From positions 1,308,451 through 1,372,450 of the forward strand of contig CAJINV010000010.1 in NCBI GenBank assembly GCA_905178155.1: a stretch of 64,000 nt of DNA, in the 5' to 3' direction. Shown here piece after piece: positions 23,570 to 36,613 of this stretch (position 1 is its first letter; every line of letters begins with the position of its first letter). This stretch comes from Amoebophrya sp. A120 (Eukaryota > Protista > Dinoflagellata). A model generated the notes under the pieces. The model did no database searches and had not been told where the DNA came from. It saw nothing but the letters and a program-made list of their open reading frames with translations. A program made the position numbers and the translations under genes.

Positions 23570-25000
23570 CATCTGATGCGCAGTGCGAGCTACTCCTACC
23601 ATCATCCGACGTCTCAGGGAGTAGGCCAGGGCGACACGTTCCGCCCGCGCCCGCAAGTGCAGCAGGGCGCGCGGCCTTCGGGCATCATGGGCCGACCGGA
23701 TCCAAGACCCGCCTACAGAGCGCGGCGGCAGTCCAGGCCGGGGCAAAAAGAGCGGGGGCGCCGTTCGCCATGTCGCGGGGCGCAAGCTAGTAGCCATGGC
23801 CAAGCGCTGTGGCCGCCTCGCCCAGCTGCTGAAGCTGGTGGCGATCCCCTTGGCCCGCGTGCTACACTTGCATCAGGCGGCCCGGCCGCATTCGCGCCCA
23901 AGGCCCTTCGCGTTTCCCCTCGGCCCGACTTAGCCGCCGACAGGAATCCGCGACGCGGGGTCCGGGGGCCGGCCTGCGGGTGCTTTGGCGCGCGCTTGGC
24001 TTTTTTTTGGCCGGCGTGCGTGGCGGATGGCGCGCGCCCCCAGTGCAGGCGGCGAAAGTGTCCTTCGAGGCGGGGGAGAAAGCCATGGCGATGAACGTAA
24101 GGCGGGCCCCTTTATTGGGCGGCGCCGGTCGTGTCGTTTCTCCCTCCGGCCGGCGCGCGGGCTTGGGCCTTTGGAGGTGGCGCGGAAAGGAGCGGCCGGG
24201 GCCCCGGGGCAGTGGCGGCGAAGGCAGGGGGGAACCCCTATCCAGCTGACGAGTGCCGCCCTGGGTCGGGGGCAGTTGGCCGCGTCTGAGAAGAGTGACG
24301 GGCCGCCGCCCGCCTTGCCCATGCCGCCCCCCGGCCAACCGATCAAGATCTACTGCAACCACGCGGCGCCCGCCTTGCTTTCTGCCCGCCCGGCATTCTA
24401 AGCAACGCATGGCCGGCCCGCCGGCCCCTCGCTCGCTCTGGGTCGGCCGGCGCGGCTTGCGCTGCCTGCCTGTTTGGGTTTTGCCAATTGCCACCAAGGC
24501 CGGGGCCGCGCTTCGCTTCGGAGTCCGTGAATCCGCTCCCCTTGGGGCATTTCGCGGGCCCTGCTTGCCCGCCCGCCGTGGTTGCAGCTTCTGGGGGCGT
24601 TGATTGTGGCGTTGGGTTTTCTGTGCTGCCGCCGGCTAGCCCCGCCCTTTGGCACGGACGGCGGCGCGCCGGTGCGCCTTGCCCACCATTTGCATGCGCA
24701 GGCCGCGGGCGCCGGCTTTGTTGGCAAGCGTTGGGCGGCGCAGCTCCTCGGCCCGAATGTTGGCGCCGCCCGCCCCCCGGTTTCGCTGCTCTCGCAATGC
24801 CTATGGCCGCACTCTTCCTTCGTTCCACCCTGCTTGCCGCGGCACCAGATAGAACCGCAGCGGGGGGGGGGGGGGCGAGCTACGGAAGCCGGCACGCCGG
24901 CAGGGCCGGAGTTCGCTTGCCCCTAGCGCGCAGCGCTAGCCCGAGCAAGGGGCTTAAAAGAATATACAAGAAAGCGCGTGCACGACGCGAGTGGTGGCGG
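23570..25000. other. GC-rich non-coding intergenic island
   Basis: GC content jump; no recognisable protein; boundaries approximate. Confidence 0.55.
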
Positions 25001-25346
25001 TGTTCCTTTGCGTTGGGCATTTCAGGCCATGACGCAGGGAGTGTGAGTGTGTCTGTTCTTCTCCGATATAAACCATCCAGAGCTCATCTCTGCCTTTCGT
25101 CACAATATTTGCACAGCGTTTTTTGCGTTTGCGTCGTGTCGCCAGCTTTTTCTTCTTGGTTGTCGGTCCTTGCTGTGAGGTTCAGTTTTTTTCTCATGCT
25201 GATGCTGACGCAGCTCCAACTCCCTGTCCTGCCTGTGTATCTACCGCGACCGAGTGAAGCAAGCTAGCAATTAGATAGGAAATCAGAGCTGTTTAGTTCG
25301 CAAGCGAGGCACAACCGTAATAACCTAACAAGCACCCCTCTCCAAA

Positions 25347-26354
25347 ATGGGCAAGAAGCGCATGAAAACCCTCTCCGACCTCAAGGTCGCCATTATCGGA
25401 GATGAACAAACCGTGACCGGGTTGTACGAGAAAGAAAACTTCTTGAGTTCCGGCCGCAAAGTTTGTATCTCTATTGCATAAGCATGACACGCGTTTGTTG
25501 AAGATGATTTAGAGTTGCACCTGCAGAAAAAAGGCATTCCTGAACAAGAACAATTTGTGTGTAGTAGTCCGAGGACTCAAGACTTCGCTTCCATATTCTA
25601 GTCTTGGGCGGTGGTGGCATGGTCGATGGGCAGGGGAAGAAGAATTTCATGGTCGTCGACGGCGCAACGCGGAATCACGAGGTATAATAGAGACAATGTT
25701 TTAATACGACGATACCAAGTACGACTAAACTTGTGATGCAGCACAATCTGAATGACATAGTCATAGAATCGATGCGGATGCCACTTCATTTTCATTCGAA
25801 ACAAAAACCTCAGATCGCCGAGCAGTTTCAGGAGTGGACGACGCGGAAGGATCTCGCCGTGATCCTGATCTCCCAGACGGAGGCGGGAAAGATCCGAAAC
25901 GTCGTCGACGATTTTGCCCGCAGCGGGCAGGTGATCCCCGCGGTGCTGGAGATGCCGACCAAGGACGTCGCTTACGACCCAAAGAAGGACTATGGAAGCG
26001 TCAGGTTTGAAATCGTCAAAGTTAAAATAGTTTGGCACGCATAAAATCGATACCGGTTGGAAGCCCAATTTCCAAGCGGCGCATGACAAATTTTCGGAGT
26101 ACCGGAATCCAATTTGTCATGCTGTTTGGGCACAGAAGACTGCTTTTGTCATGCTTGTTCAGAAGCTCTATCCCAAACCCTAAATAGGCTCACAATCTGC
26201 CTCGCTTGCCTTCCCGGCAAGACAGGCACTTCATGCCTTGCATTTTATGCATGACAAATCATTACAACTTTGACGATTTCAATCCTGACAGATCCATAAG
26301 GACCCGATCATGCAGCGCGTGCAGATGTTCTTCGGAAGCAACCCGGTCATGTGA
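25347..26354 (+). CDS. ATP6V1F: V-type H+-ATPase subunit F
   Basis: MGKKRMKTLSDLKVAIIGDEQTVTGLVLGGGG...KNFMVVD...RKDLAVILISQ...IPAVLEMPTKDVAYDPKKDPIMQRV. Removed segments: 25425-25600 (non-canonical), 25682-25813 (GT-AG), 25991-26303. Confidence 0.92.
25425..25595. mobile_element. Degenerate (old) introner
   Basis: TAC...ATA ends; residual inverted repeat TCTTGAGT/ACTCAAGA; TSD lost (GGTTG vs TTCTA); the adjacent GT...AG join gives the wrong frame. Confidence 0.65.
25991..26298. mobile_element. Introner family G (308 bp)
   Basis: TSD AGGAC; TIR GTCAGGTTTGAAATCGTCAAAGTT / AACTTTGACGATTTCAATCCTGAC. Confidence 0.9.
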
Positions 26355-27249
26355 GGAGGTTCTCCGAAAGAACGACGAGGGAAGGCGAAAACCACTTAAT
26401 TTCCTATCACAAGAACATTTTTTCACCTGCTATTTTTGAGGTAAGTACTACTGTCAGCACCCTGTGCAGCTACAACATTTATCTGGCGCACCAGTTCGAA
26501 GATGTAGTTGCCAGGAACAAGCTGTGACAATTTTTCATCTGATTTCTTAGTTCTCTGTGGTCTGTTAGTATGGTAGAAGTTCTTCATCTCTCACTGATTC
26601 TTGTGCTTACGTCGCGTTAGTCTGCGGGGTAGGGAATGAATCGGAATAAAACATCAATTCGGGTTGACAGCTAAAGAATTCATTGTCGATGTGCTAAAGC
26701 AAAAAAAATTCCTTTATCGAAACAAAAAAACAAAGTAGAGCCGCGACCTTCGCGCGACCAAAGATAGCAATGCAAGCCGCTAAGCATAGCTGGTGAAAAA
26801 GGGTGTTCGATATATCAAAACTTGGCAGTGAAAGAAGATGAAGATCCGAAAAACGACACGCTCTTGTCATTAATACCAACTCGCCTGCGCTTCGCTTTTT
26901 TCGCAGAGAAAATCACTTCTACATAGTGACGTCGCTTTACTGTGTTAGAAGCACCCTGCTCAGGATCAGAAACCAATGTGTCGTCTCTACTGGTAGCCTG
27001 TTTGAATGATTATACCCATACGAAGAGAGCTGCTAGTACGAGTACCTTGGATGGCTATCGCTTTCGATGATGTGAGTAGTACTCAGCGCTACGCATTTGT
27101 TTACCAGGACGGGACACAAACATGGAGCGCGCGGCGTAGTAGTAAAAGTGAAAAAATGTCCACGTGGTCTCCGCAAGAAGTCCGTCTTGAAGAGTTGTAC
27201 ACAAGTGGTCCCAAAGTGTAGCTGACTGCTCTCGACGATTATCCGCCAG

Positions 27250-30200
27250 ATGCGCAACCCCACATCAAGCACGTCCACCGGCAATCCCCGCCTCGGCGGG
27301 GACGATGACGAGGGGCCGATCCTTGTGGACCGCACCGAACATGTCATCGACGAAACCACAACTGCGCTGGAAGACGAGGAGCTGCTGCTCCAGCAGGAGC
27401 GAGAAGAGCGCGAGCAAGAGGAATTGTTTCAGAAACAGCGCTCGGCGGACAGGGGCAGTAGAACTGGTGGCGCACCAGCCAAAGGCCCAGGAGGTACTAC
27501 CAGTGCTTCGGCCTCCAGAGAGTCCTCGAAGCAGTTTCCTACTGGTGGTAGTGCTGTCGGACTCGGGCAGATTTCAGATGGAGACAGTCAGCAGCAGCAG
27601 TTGCAGCAACTATCTCAATCTGGGTCTCCCACAGGGGCACCGGATCACCACCCTCTGCTTGATGGGCAAATAAAACTGACCCAGCAGCCGCTTTCCGACC
27701 ACGATTCAGGTGAGTCTACCACTTCCGAAGACCATTTAAACGATGTTTTTGAAATCCGGGATTTCACCGCCGTGTCGCCGCTGGAAAAACTCTCTCGGGA
27801 GCTGCAACTGATCGTGAAAGGCTGGAGCAGCCACTTCAAATCTACCTCGGGATGTTTGACGTCCGTGGTAGATTGCCGGGATACCGCACAGTGTTTGAAA
27901 TTGTTGGAGCAGATGCGGAGAAATAGTGGCGGAACTTTTAGTGCCGCTGGCGGGAAAACATCAGCAAACATCGCGAAAACAAATCAAAATCTTCCATCGC
28001 CCGCGGCTTCAGTTCTAATCGACCACCAGGAAAAGGAGTTTAAAGCTTTGACCCTGCAATTCCAGCAAGCGCTGCAGTTTTACAGCGAGCACAAGTCGTC
28101 GCAGGGCCGGATGATCGCGAGATTTCGGTTCAACAACATGAAATACCACCTACATGTGTACTACGGCCGCCCGGTACCGCTGAACGTGACGGATGAGCTG
28201 TTTCATCGGTTTACGAATCATATAGCTGGTGGTGGTGGTGGTCTTCGTCTTGTTGTTGGCGGCGGGCCCACAACGACAGGCGCTGCTAAGTCGTCCACTG
28301 GTATAATCGCTGCTAGCTCTAGCGCAACATCAACTGCCCCCGCCTTTCCACCGGTCCTGAAAGAGCTCGCGGACCTACTCGCGCAGGAGCAAAAATTTCC
28401 CGTAAAGTGCCACCCGAATACCCGGAGATTCGGCGTCCGGCAGTTCATCATGGTGACCCGGGAGCGGGTACCAAATGCAAAAATGTCTGGGTCTGGAAGG
28501 TTGGAACTTGTGATGCTAACTTTGGAGTCCAAAAAAATTTGTATTGCATGACCAGCAAGAGGAGTCTAGTTTGTGCTACGCGGCGGGGAGGGCGTTTGTC
28601 ATGCGGAGTAGGCATCAGCAAGCCCTCTAAAAATCTGTGATGCTAGGGCGTGCATTACAGACATCCTGGGTCATGCAAAATATGCATGACAAGTCTCAGA
28701 ATTATCTTCCAGACCCAGACACTTTTGCAATCCATAGAGGGAGTCGCAGGAAATTTCAAACGACTCCGCGAACTTTCTCCTGTCCGCGATGCTGATTGCG
28801 TATGAACGCCTCAGGTTTGAAATCCTGAAAGTGGAAATGATTTGTAATGCAAAAAAACGATTCCAGTTGAAGTGGCATTTGTAGTCGGCGCATGACAAAT
28901 TTCCCGGGCACTTAAAGCGTGTCTGTCATGCAGCTCAAGGCAAGGGGGGGCCCTTCTGTCGTGCTAAGCAGCACTCCAATTCTTGACCCCTAGCAGGACA
29001 ATAGTCAGCCTCCATTGCGTTCTCTGCAATACAGTCTTTTTTGCGTCGCATTTCATGCATCACAAATCATTTCCACTTTGAGGATTTCCATTCTGAGGCT
29101 TTCATATTGCGGTGCGAGCGGCGTTTCCGACCGCCGGGTTCAAGAGCCTGGAGTGCGGGAGGAAGGCAAGGGGTGCAGTACAACTAGCTGCGTCGAGTAG
29201 TCGTGGCCCCGGGGCGAAAGCACTGAATAAGAATAATATTAAAGCGGGTAGAACAAGAACATCTACATCTTCTTCAACATCACCCGCATCAGGAACTACG
29301 ACTATTGCAGTCCCTACTACTTCTTCTTTCTCCGACACTGCCCTGGACATCCCCTGTTTTGTGAACCAAAACCCGGGTGAGGTATGGATTGCAAATATGT
29401 CTGGGTCTGGAAGATTGTCAGCTTTGTCATGCATATTGGGCACGAGGACCCATGACGCCTGTAATGAATGACCTAGCATCACAGAATTTCAGAGGGCTTT
29501 CTGATGCCTTTTCCGCATGAGAAATGCCTTCTCCGCATAGCACAGACTGGACTCCTCTTGCATACAAATGCTTCGCGGGTCCAAAGATAGCATCACAAGT
29601 TGCAACCTTCCAGACCCAGACATAATTGCGATGCATATGAGGGGGTAAATGGCAAAACGATCGGCGAGGGGTTCTTCCTTCTCCCCGACAAGAAGACGGC
29701 TTTGCGTCGGAATTTTCTCTCCTGCGCGCGGTCGAGTAGACACGTAGACCCGCTACTGAAGGACCTACCCGGATTGCTGATCTTCTGGGAAAGTTTGAGA
29801 AATAAGGTGCCGAGGGAGGTCAATTTGAAGTACAGAAAGGACTGCACTTGGACGAAGGCGGAGCATTTGACAGAGCTCTTTCACGCTTGTTCTCGTACGG
29901 ATGTTTCTGGTGCAGCTACGGTTGCATCTTCATCTACTGCTGCATTTATGTTCCCGCAACTGCAGCAACCAGTTGAAAACTATACAGGGAAGACCTCCAA
30001 ATCTCTTACCCCAAGGGAATTAGTCCGCGTCCAGCACGGCCCGCAGATTCGCGCCCGGTTTGTGTACCTTATGGCGCTCTCAACTGTTACATTCTCAACT
30101 GTTACTTACATGAATTCGTGATGCAAGAATGGCAACAGTAAAAGGGGCTAGCTTGCTGCTTTCGCATCACAGATTTGGCACAGATTTAGGCGCTGTTGAG

Positions 30201-33200
30201 TCCTTCGGAAATTTGTCATGCGAAGCAGCTTGATTATCTGTCGGCTTAAGGTAGTTCCGCATGACAAATCATGTAACAGTTGAGAATGTAACAGTTGAGA
30301 ACGCCATATACCTCTGCGAAGAGTTCGACGCCATGAACTATGACCCAATTGTGGGGAAAACTTTGGAATTGATGCAGTTGTTCTGCCTCTGGGGACCGTT
30401 TTCGAAGGGGGACTACTTTGGCACCACGGGCATGTATGATGAGGAAGATGAAGTAGAGCTAGTGCTGTCCTCATCTACGGCCGCGCAGGAGCAGGAGGAG
30501 CCGGGTTCCTCGCCTCAGAAATCACCTGCCGCTGGTCCTGCTGTGGTTCCAGGCGGTGAAGACTTACCCGTAGCACCAGTGCCCGGAATATTAACCACGG
30601 ACAGAGTAGATGAGCAGGATCCAGACCGGGGCTTAGCAAACCACCTGCTGGAAAAAGAAACTACGTCAAAAACCACTTCGAGCAAAGGGAGTGATCCTGC
30701 TGAAACAGTTACACTTACAGCACCACCGGCAGATTTTTCGCCAAATAAACCTGCCCCACCACCACCTCCACCCCCGCCTCCGCCGCCATCGTCCCTCCCG
30801 GCAGCGACGAGAACGAACCAAGATGACACAAAAGAGCAGAGACCGTCCGTCGCGTCTTCTGTGCCCTCAAATTTGAGCAGATCTCAACAGCAACAGCAAC
30901 ACCCTCCCAACACCGACGACGAGGAAGAGGATTTTCTGAACCCGTACAAAGCCCAAGTTTGGCAGTTCCGAGTGACGTGCACGGAGGCGGAGAAACGGCG
31001 AAGTTGGATCCGAGAGCACATCGAGTACTTCCTGGATTTCGAATCGGAAACCTCGGACACAGAATCCCTCACCCAGTTTCTCGGTACGACCACTGGGTCG
31101 ACCGCTAGCGGACAGAGACTGAAGAACCAGAACACCGAGCAGCAAACGGGCTTTGGGTTAACCGCGTTAGGATTGCATCTCGCCAACGCGTACCAGGATT
31201 TCATTTTACCCTCGGAGAACGAGCAGCTGAAGATTTTGGACTCCTGTTTCACGCGGATAAGGTCCAACACGGATGCTATCGTGTATGACCAGGTCATGGA
31301 ATTGTTTCACCAGTATGAGTCACAGTGTATCGACACCCGACGCATCGTGTCCCAGGAAAACCACAACTTCCGCGAATCGGAAAAAACGGAAATCCTGGAG
31401 GACTGGGAGGGACACAGCTACAGGAGTTTCGTCGACGCATTAGAGTCGACCCTTGGGGGACTGTGTATCGAGGCAGATGTTGATAAAGATAATTTGCTTG
31501 AAAAGAGCAGAAGTAAAAGCAATTCACCTTTTGAAAATAGAGCTGAACGAAGTGGAAGTGCACCTCCATCTGCGACAACAAGAGGAGCGAATATGGTGTC
31601 AACATCAACCAGCACTCGCTCTTTCACCAGCACTCTCCGTACCTTGAACGACCTGCACAAGATTACGCAGACTAGTTTGAAGGGCGCGCCGGCGATTCTC
31701 TCCACTTTGTTAGAGGAGATTGTGGTCCGGAAGGGGGTTTTGAATTTCCGTTATGCATTGCAAAAGTATCGTACTCGTATAAATGCATTACAAATCTCCT
31801 CAGCATGAGAAATGAAATTTGCAATGCTGATTTACCTTCGGAACAAGATTTGTATATGCATGACTGCAATACGAATACGAGTACGATACTTTTGCGCAGG
31901 ATATCCGCGCCATCTGCACCATGTACTTCAAATTAGTGCAGAGAATACGGCTTTTCTGGTATCCTGAGCAAAAATGTACCCACCCCAGAGTTGTCATGCA
32001 GATTTGCAGCTACAGGAAGATTTGTAATGCGCATACACATGAGAGGCATTTCCAATCACGTTTTGCGCTTTGCAATGCTGTCGACAGGATGAGTAGATGG
32101 ATTTGTGTTGCGGCTGTGCTTGCTAAACTGCACTACAATACCTCGACGAACTTGTCATGCTGGACCCCCAAAACTTCTCGATGTGTGTTGCAAAATCCCC
32201 ATCTTGACTCTGGGGTGGGGACGTTTTTGCACAGGATATCTGGAACGAACGACTCCTCAACGGGGCCAGCGCTGTCGCGTCGAAAGCTGCAGCAGATGCG
32301 CAGCCGGGGGCTGGAGTGGGAGGAGCGGCAGGTGCTCTTGGTTCCGAGCAGCAGCAATTTTCGCAGCCCTGGTTTGTCACTAATGATCTTGGACAAAGAA
32401 TATCTCCACCGACGTTGGAAATAGATGAAGACGCAGCAGCTGAAGCGAAGCTCACAGCGAAACGGAAGCGCCGCGCTCTCGCGGACTTGGGCTTGCGAAG
32501 GGCAAATGTGACCGATTTCCAGAATTGCTTGCTCTACCAAAAGTTTCACGTCGTTTTCTACTGCATTGAAGCGGAAAAATCAGCTTCGAACAGGAGGGGA
32601 CTGGAAGACTCCGTGGAATTCATCCGGAACTTGTCAGCTACGTCAAGTTCAAGTGGCACGACAACTGGTGCCGGAGGAGCCATATTAAATGGAATACAGA
32701 CAGGACTGAATACGCCAATGTCCAGCACGACTGCGCCCGATACAACACCCGGACGGGAGGAAACAAATTACTCTCCTCCCGTCAGCGAGAGAAGTGACCA
32801 GCATCAGCCGCCGTCGTCCGCGAGTTCTGGCATCGTCCATGTGCAGCATGACAATGTGCCCCCCGGCGGCGGCGGGTTGCAGCTACCGGAAGGAACAAGA
32901 AGCGGAGACAAGAAACAAACCGCAACGACGAGAACCACGACCCCAGAACACCAAAATCGTTCGAAAACGAAAATCGAGGGCGGGATTTTGGAAACTGCAT
33001 TCTTTTCGCACAGTAGTAGTACTACCTCGTCCGGAATAGTGAACGCTACCTCTGGAGCTTCCACCGCGAGAAACAAGCACGACAGAGGTAGCTCCTCGAC
33101 CAGGTCTAGTAGTTCAACGAGCATCAAGCGAATGAATAAGCGAACTGCAGCCCCAGAACAGCAATTTCCAGTAAAAAAATCCACCGACATCCCCATCGCC

Positions 33201-35845
33201 ATAGCCCCCCTGATTGCGGAGGACACGCTCGGCCGGAAGAAGCAGGCGCTGGGGCCTTTGTTAGAAAAAGCGAAAATCGCCCGGGCGAAAACAACGAAAG
33301 CAGCGACTCCGATTCCTTCGCAAAGGACTGATATGATCACCAAAGGAACTTCATCAAGCAGCACAGCGGGCGCGTCTCGGAACTACAAGCTAAGTTTTCC
33401 TGCTAAAAAGCCTGCAAATAAGTTGAGCCGGAGGCAAAGGGAGAATCTCGCGCTACTCGTGAGGCTGCAACAGCAAGTGCCGAAGCTGGACTGTGAGCAA
33501 TTTCTGATGAACTTTGCTGCGAAGACGAAATCACAGACCAGTCCGAACCAGGAGGACTTTGTGAAGTGGTACACTGGCATCTGTGACTTCTTCGACGACC
33601 AGGAGTTGGCGCTGTTAAAAGGTGTTTTCGCGGAAGTCTTGTGCGAGCAGGAATGTCCTTTACCGATTTACAATTTTCCGCAGGAACCAGAGAATCTGGA
33701 CCATCTGGTTGCGCATCCACAAAGCACAACTCTCAGCACAAACAGTTCCGACCCCGATTTAGCGGAGGATAAAGCGGCATCGGAGCACTTGAAGCAAGCG
33801 ATTCAAACGGCGAATAGTGCGAAGATTCAGCACGGGTTGGTGTCGATGAAAAAACCTGAAAGTTTTATGATGGAGAAAGAAGCTGCTGGTGCTCCTGGTG
33901 GAAAGAACAGCAATAGTGGGGAGGTTATCAATAGCTCCCAGGACAGCAGTCCGAGCAGTTCGAGGGTAGTGGTGTCAAAAACTTCTACCGACGCGGGGGC
34001 CACTGCACCGGTCGAAACTACACAGCAAAATGGCAAATCGTCTTCTACTTCCTCGCGAACAGGAGGAGGTGGATTTATTGCTCCTAGTACATCGTCGACA
34101 AAGATTCCGACTTTCATCGAAAACTTAATCGATCCGGCGATTTTTGATCCGGAAAAGGACGCGGAAATGTCGTTGCACTACCTCGTATGCATTGCAAAAT
34201 CATCGTACTAGTAGAAATCGCATCACAAATTTTTCCAGCATGACAAATGGAATTTGTCATGCTGTTTTACCTTGGGATGGAGATTTGTAATGCATGGCTG
34301 CGATAATGGTTACGAGTGCGATACTTTTGCACGGGATACCTCGAGAACGTGCACACGCGGGAGCTCTGGTCGCAGTTGTTTCATGTCGTCGTGCAGGTTT
34401 TGGTGAAGGATCTGGTGCAAAAGCACCTTCGCCTGATCTTGCTCTACGAAGATTTCTTTTTGGAAAAATTTCTTCAACCCTTGAACGAACTACTGCAATC
34501 AATCTTCGAGACCGCAAAGCAGGAATGGAAAAAGCAAAGGCTTCTCAGCATGCGCATGGGGGAAGATAATGATAACGAAATTGAGGACTTGGAGGACACC
34601 GCGTCCTTTGCGTCTGTCAGTTCGGAGGAGGAAAGTAACCTCCAAAACGAGCAGCAAGTAGAAAGGGAAACGGAGAATATTGATGTTGGTACAGCTGTTG
34701 CTCCTGATGCGAAAGTGAAAGACAGTCTCGCAATGCAGCTGGACGACATAGAGAACCCGTTTGATGTTGATGCAGCTCCTGGACGAGGTGTTCTTGAGAA
34801 GAGTTCTCCTGCCGCTGTGTCGTCGCCCACAGAAACTCAAACTCGACCCACCCAGCCAATGCTCGGGATCGTGTCGCCCCCCTCCAAGAAAAACCGCGGG
34901 ACATCATCAGCAGGTGCAACTGCATCATCTTCACTTGGAAGTAACAGTGCGCAGAAGACCAGCACGAGGACTGCTCAGATGAAGAACATTGCGGAGTTTT
35001 TGCCGACTATCTCCAGCAAGGAAGTTCAAGGCCCGTTGTCTTCCTCCGGTGCAAGAGCAAGAGAGCATCATGATGAATCCGACGAGAAGAGAAAAATAAA
35101 CAACGACTCATATAACAACTACACCGAAGGTGACCTCCATGATGACGACGACGACCCCTTTCCAGACGGTTCCTGGGCCGACTCAGGCACAAATCCCGTT
35201 CCGAGCCACCGCGATTTGGAACCTCTGCTGGCGTTGCTCGACAGCTTCTCATTCCATCTGGAATTGTGCGTAGCGCTGGACAACGTCTTTTCCTCAAGTA
35301 GTACAGGAGGGAATATTAACGATTCATCTTTGAGCAACATCAAAACAGCGACGACGAATGGCAGCGCTGGAGGTGGATATAATGATCACGCAGCTCGAAA
35401 CAACACCAGCAAAAATTCCGCCGAGCAACTGGCCAAGAAGCACTTAATCGAGCAAATCCTCCAGAATCCGCAGCGATTGGCAAAGGATCTCGACCCGAGA
35501 AAGGATGTTTTCGCAAGGAAGATACTGGCAAGTTGCTTCTTTCGGAAGAACAGATCTCGCAGCGTCGATTCAACAGCGAGTGGGCTGCAGCATATGGCTT
35601 CTCAGAGCGCTGGAAATTATACTACGACAGCCGGCGCCGGTACTACCCCAGGAACAAGCGGGATGAGCCACACGGCCGCGGAGGATCATTTTCTTCTGCA
35701 GCAGCAGGATGAAGGTAGCCACGACAATATCGTTCTGAAGAAGCCGTTTGTGCAAGAGTTTCTGATCGAGGACCCCTTCACGCGTGTGTACGCGGAGGTC
35801 AGAGATCCCTTCACGCGAGTAGCGACCGCGTATGCGATGGCATAG
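27250..35845 (+). CDS. RAB3GAP1: Rab3 GTPase-activating protein catalytic subunit-like, expanded with Ser/Thr-rich inserts
   Basis: Motifs DVFEIRDFTAVSPLEKL..W, RRFGVRQF, NFLLSAMLIA, DFQNCLLYQKFHVVFYCIE, PLIAED, EDFVKWY, FDPEKDAEMSLHYLE. The frame is continuous once 7 introners are removed; no GT-AG intron is needed. Confidence 0.8.
28469..28736. mobile_element. Introner family A (268 bp)
   Basis: TSD GCGGG/GAGGG; TACCAAATGC...GCAATCCATA. Confidence 0.88.
28801..29106. mobile_element. Introner family G (306 bp)
   Basis: TSD TTGCG; TIR CCTCAGGTTTGAAATCCTGAAAGTGGAAATGA. Confidence 0.9.
29383..29637. mobile_element. Introner family A, reverse internal orientation (255 bp)
   Basis: TSD TGAGG; interior is the reverse complement of the 869/20388 type. 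Confidence 0.9.
30070..30308. mobile_element. Introner family F (239 bp)
   Basis: TSD TACCT; TIR TATGGCGCTCTCAACTGTTACATTCTCAACTGTTAC. Confidence 0.9.
31752..31903. mobile_element. Introner family B (152 bp)
   Basis: TSD TCCGT/TCCGC; TATGCATTGCAAAAGTATCG...CAGGATA. Confidence 0.9.
31960..32238. mobile_element. Introner family C (279 bp)
   Basis: TSD TCTGG; family C TIR. Confidence 0.9.
34186..34338. mobile_element. Introner family B (153 bp)
   Basis: TSD CCTCG inside LHYLE. Confidence 0.9.
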
Positions 35846-36613
35846 TGAAGTAGAGGAAGAGCTGCAGCGAGACACAGATGAATTCGTCCAGATGTGAATG
35901 TGATGAGTTATGATCAAGACAAGGCACCTGCTTGAACTCGACGGAGATGATCATGACAGCGAGTTTCATTTTGAAAGCACGAGACCCATCAACATCCGTG
36001 CGACTTGTTCTTCGCGCGCACTTCTTGTGTGGGGACTACAATCAGAGGTGAGTCGATGCGGCGATGCAGATCATTATAGCGCAGCGATGCGAAAACAAGA
36101 TATCCTCGGTAGTTCCACATCTAGTACCCCGGATGAGCAGTGGTCTTTGCATTTGCTCAGTTGTTGGTCTTTTTTTCGTGTATGCGAAGATCTTGTGCGA
36201 GGACTCTAGTGACCTAGAGATGAACAAGAAGAAGAATGCACAGCACACGATTGTCTGATGAGCAGCGCGGTCTTGTTGTGCAGCCGTACTCAACTTCTGA
36301 TCTCCTTTTCGTATATGATTTGTTTCCTCGTCTTCCTTTTCAGGACAATGTCAAGGAGAAGCATTCGCTTGTAGCTGTTAGCTCCTTTGTTCCGCTTAAA
36401 AAAACAAAAATCATTTATGACCATTGTGGTACTTTTTATTGCTGTTGCAAGTGCAACTCATCCCGAAGTAGCTTCGTATGTGTTTAGTACAAAATTTTTC
36501 TATATCGTATCTACCAAAATTATCACTAACAAAAAGAGAGAGTAATATCTAACACAAGATGAAGAGAAACTCAAGAGAAGATCATTCGGAAAAATAAAAT
36601 ATCGAACAGAAAA

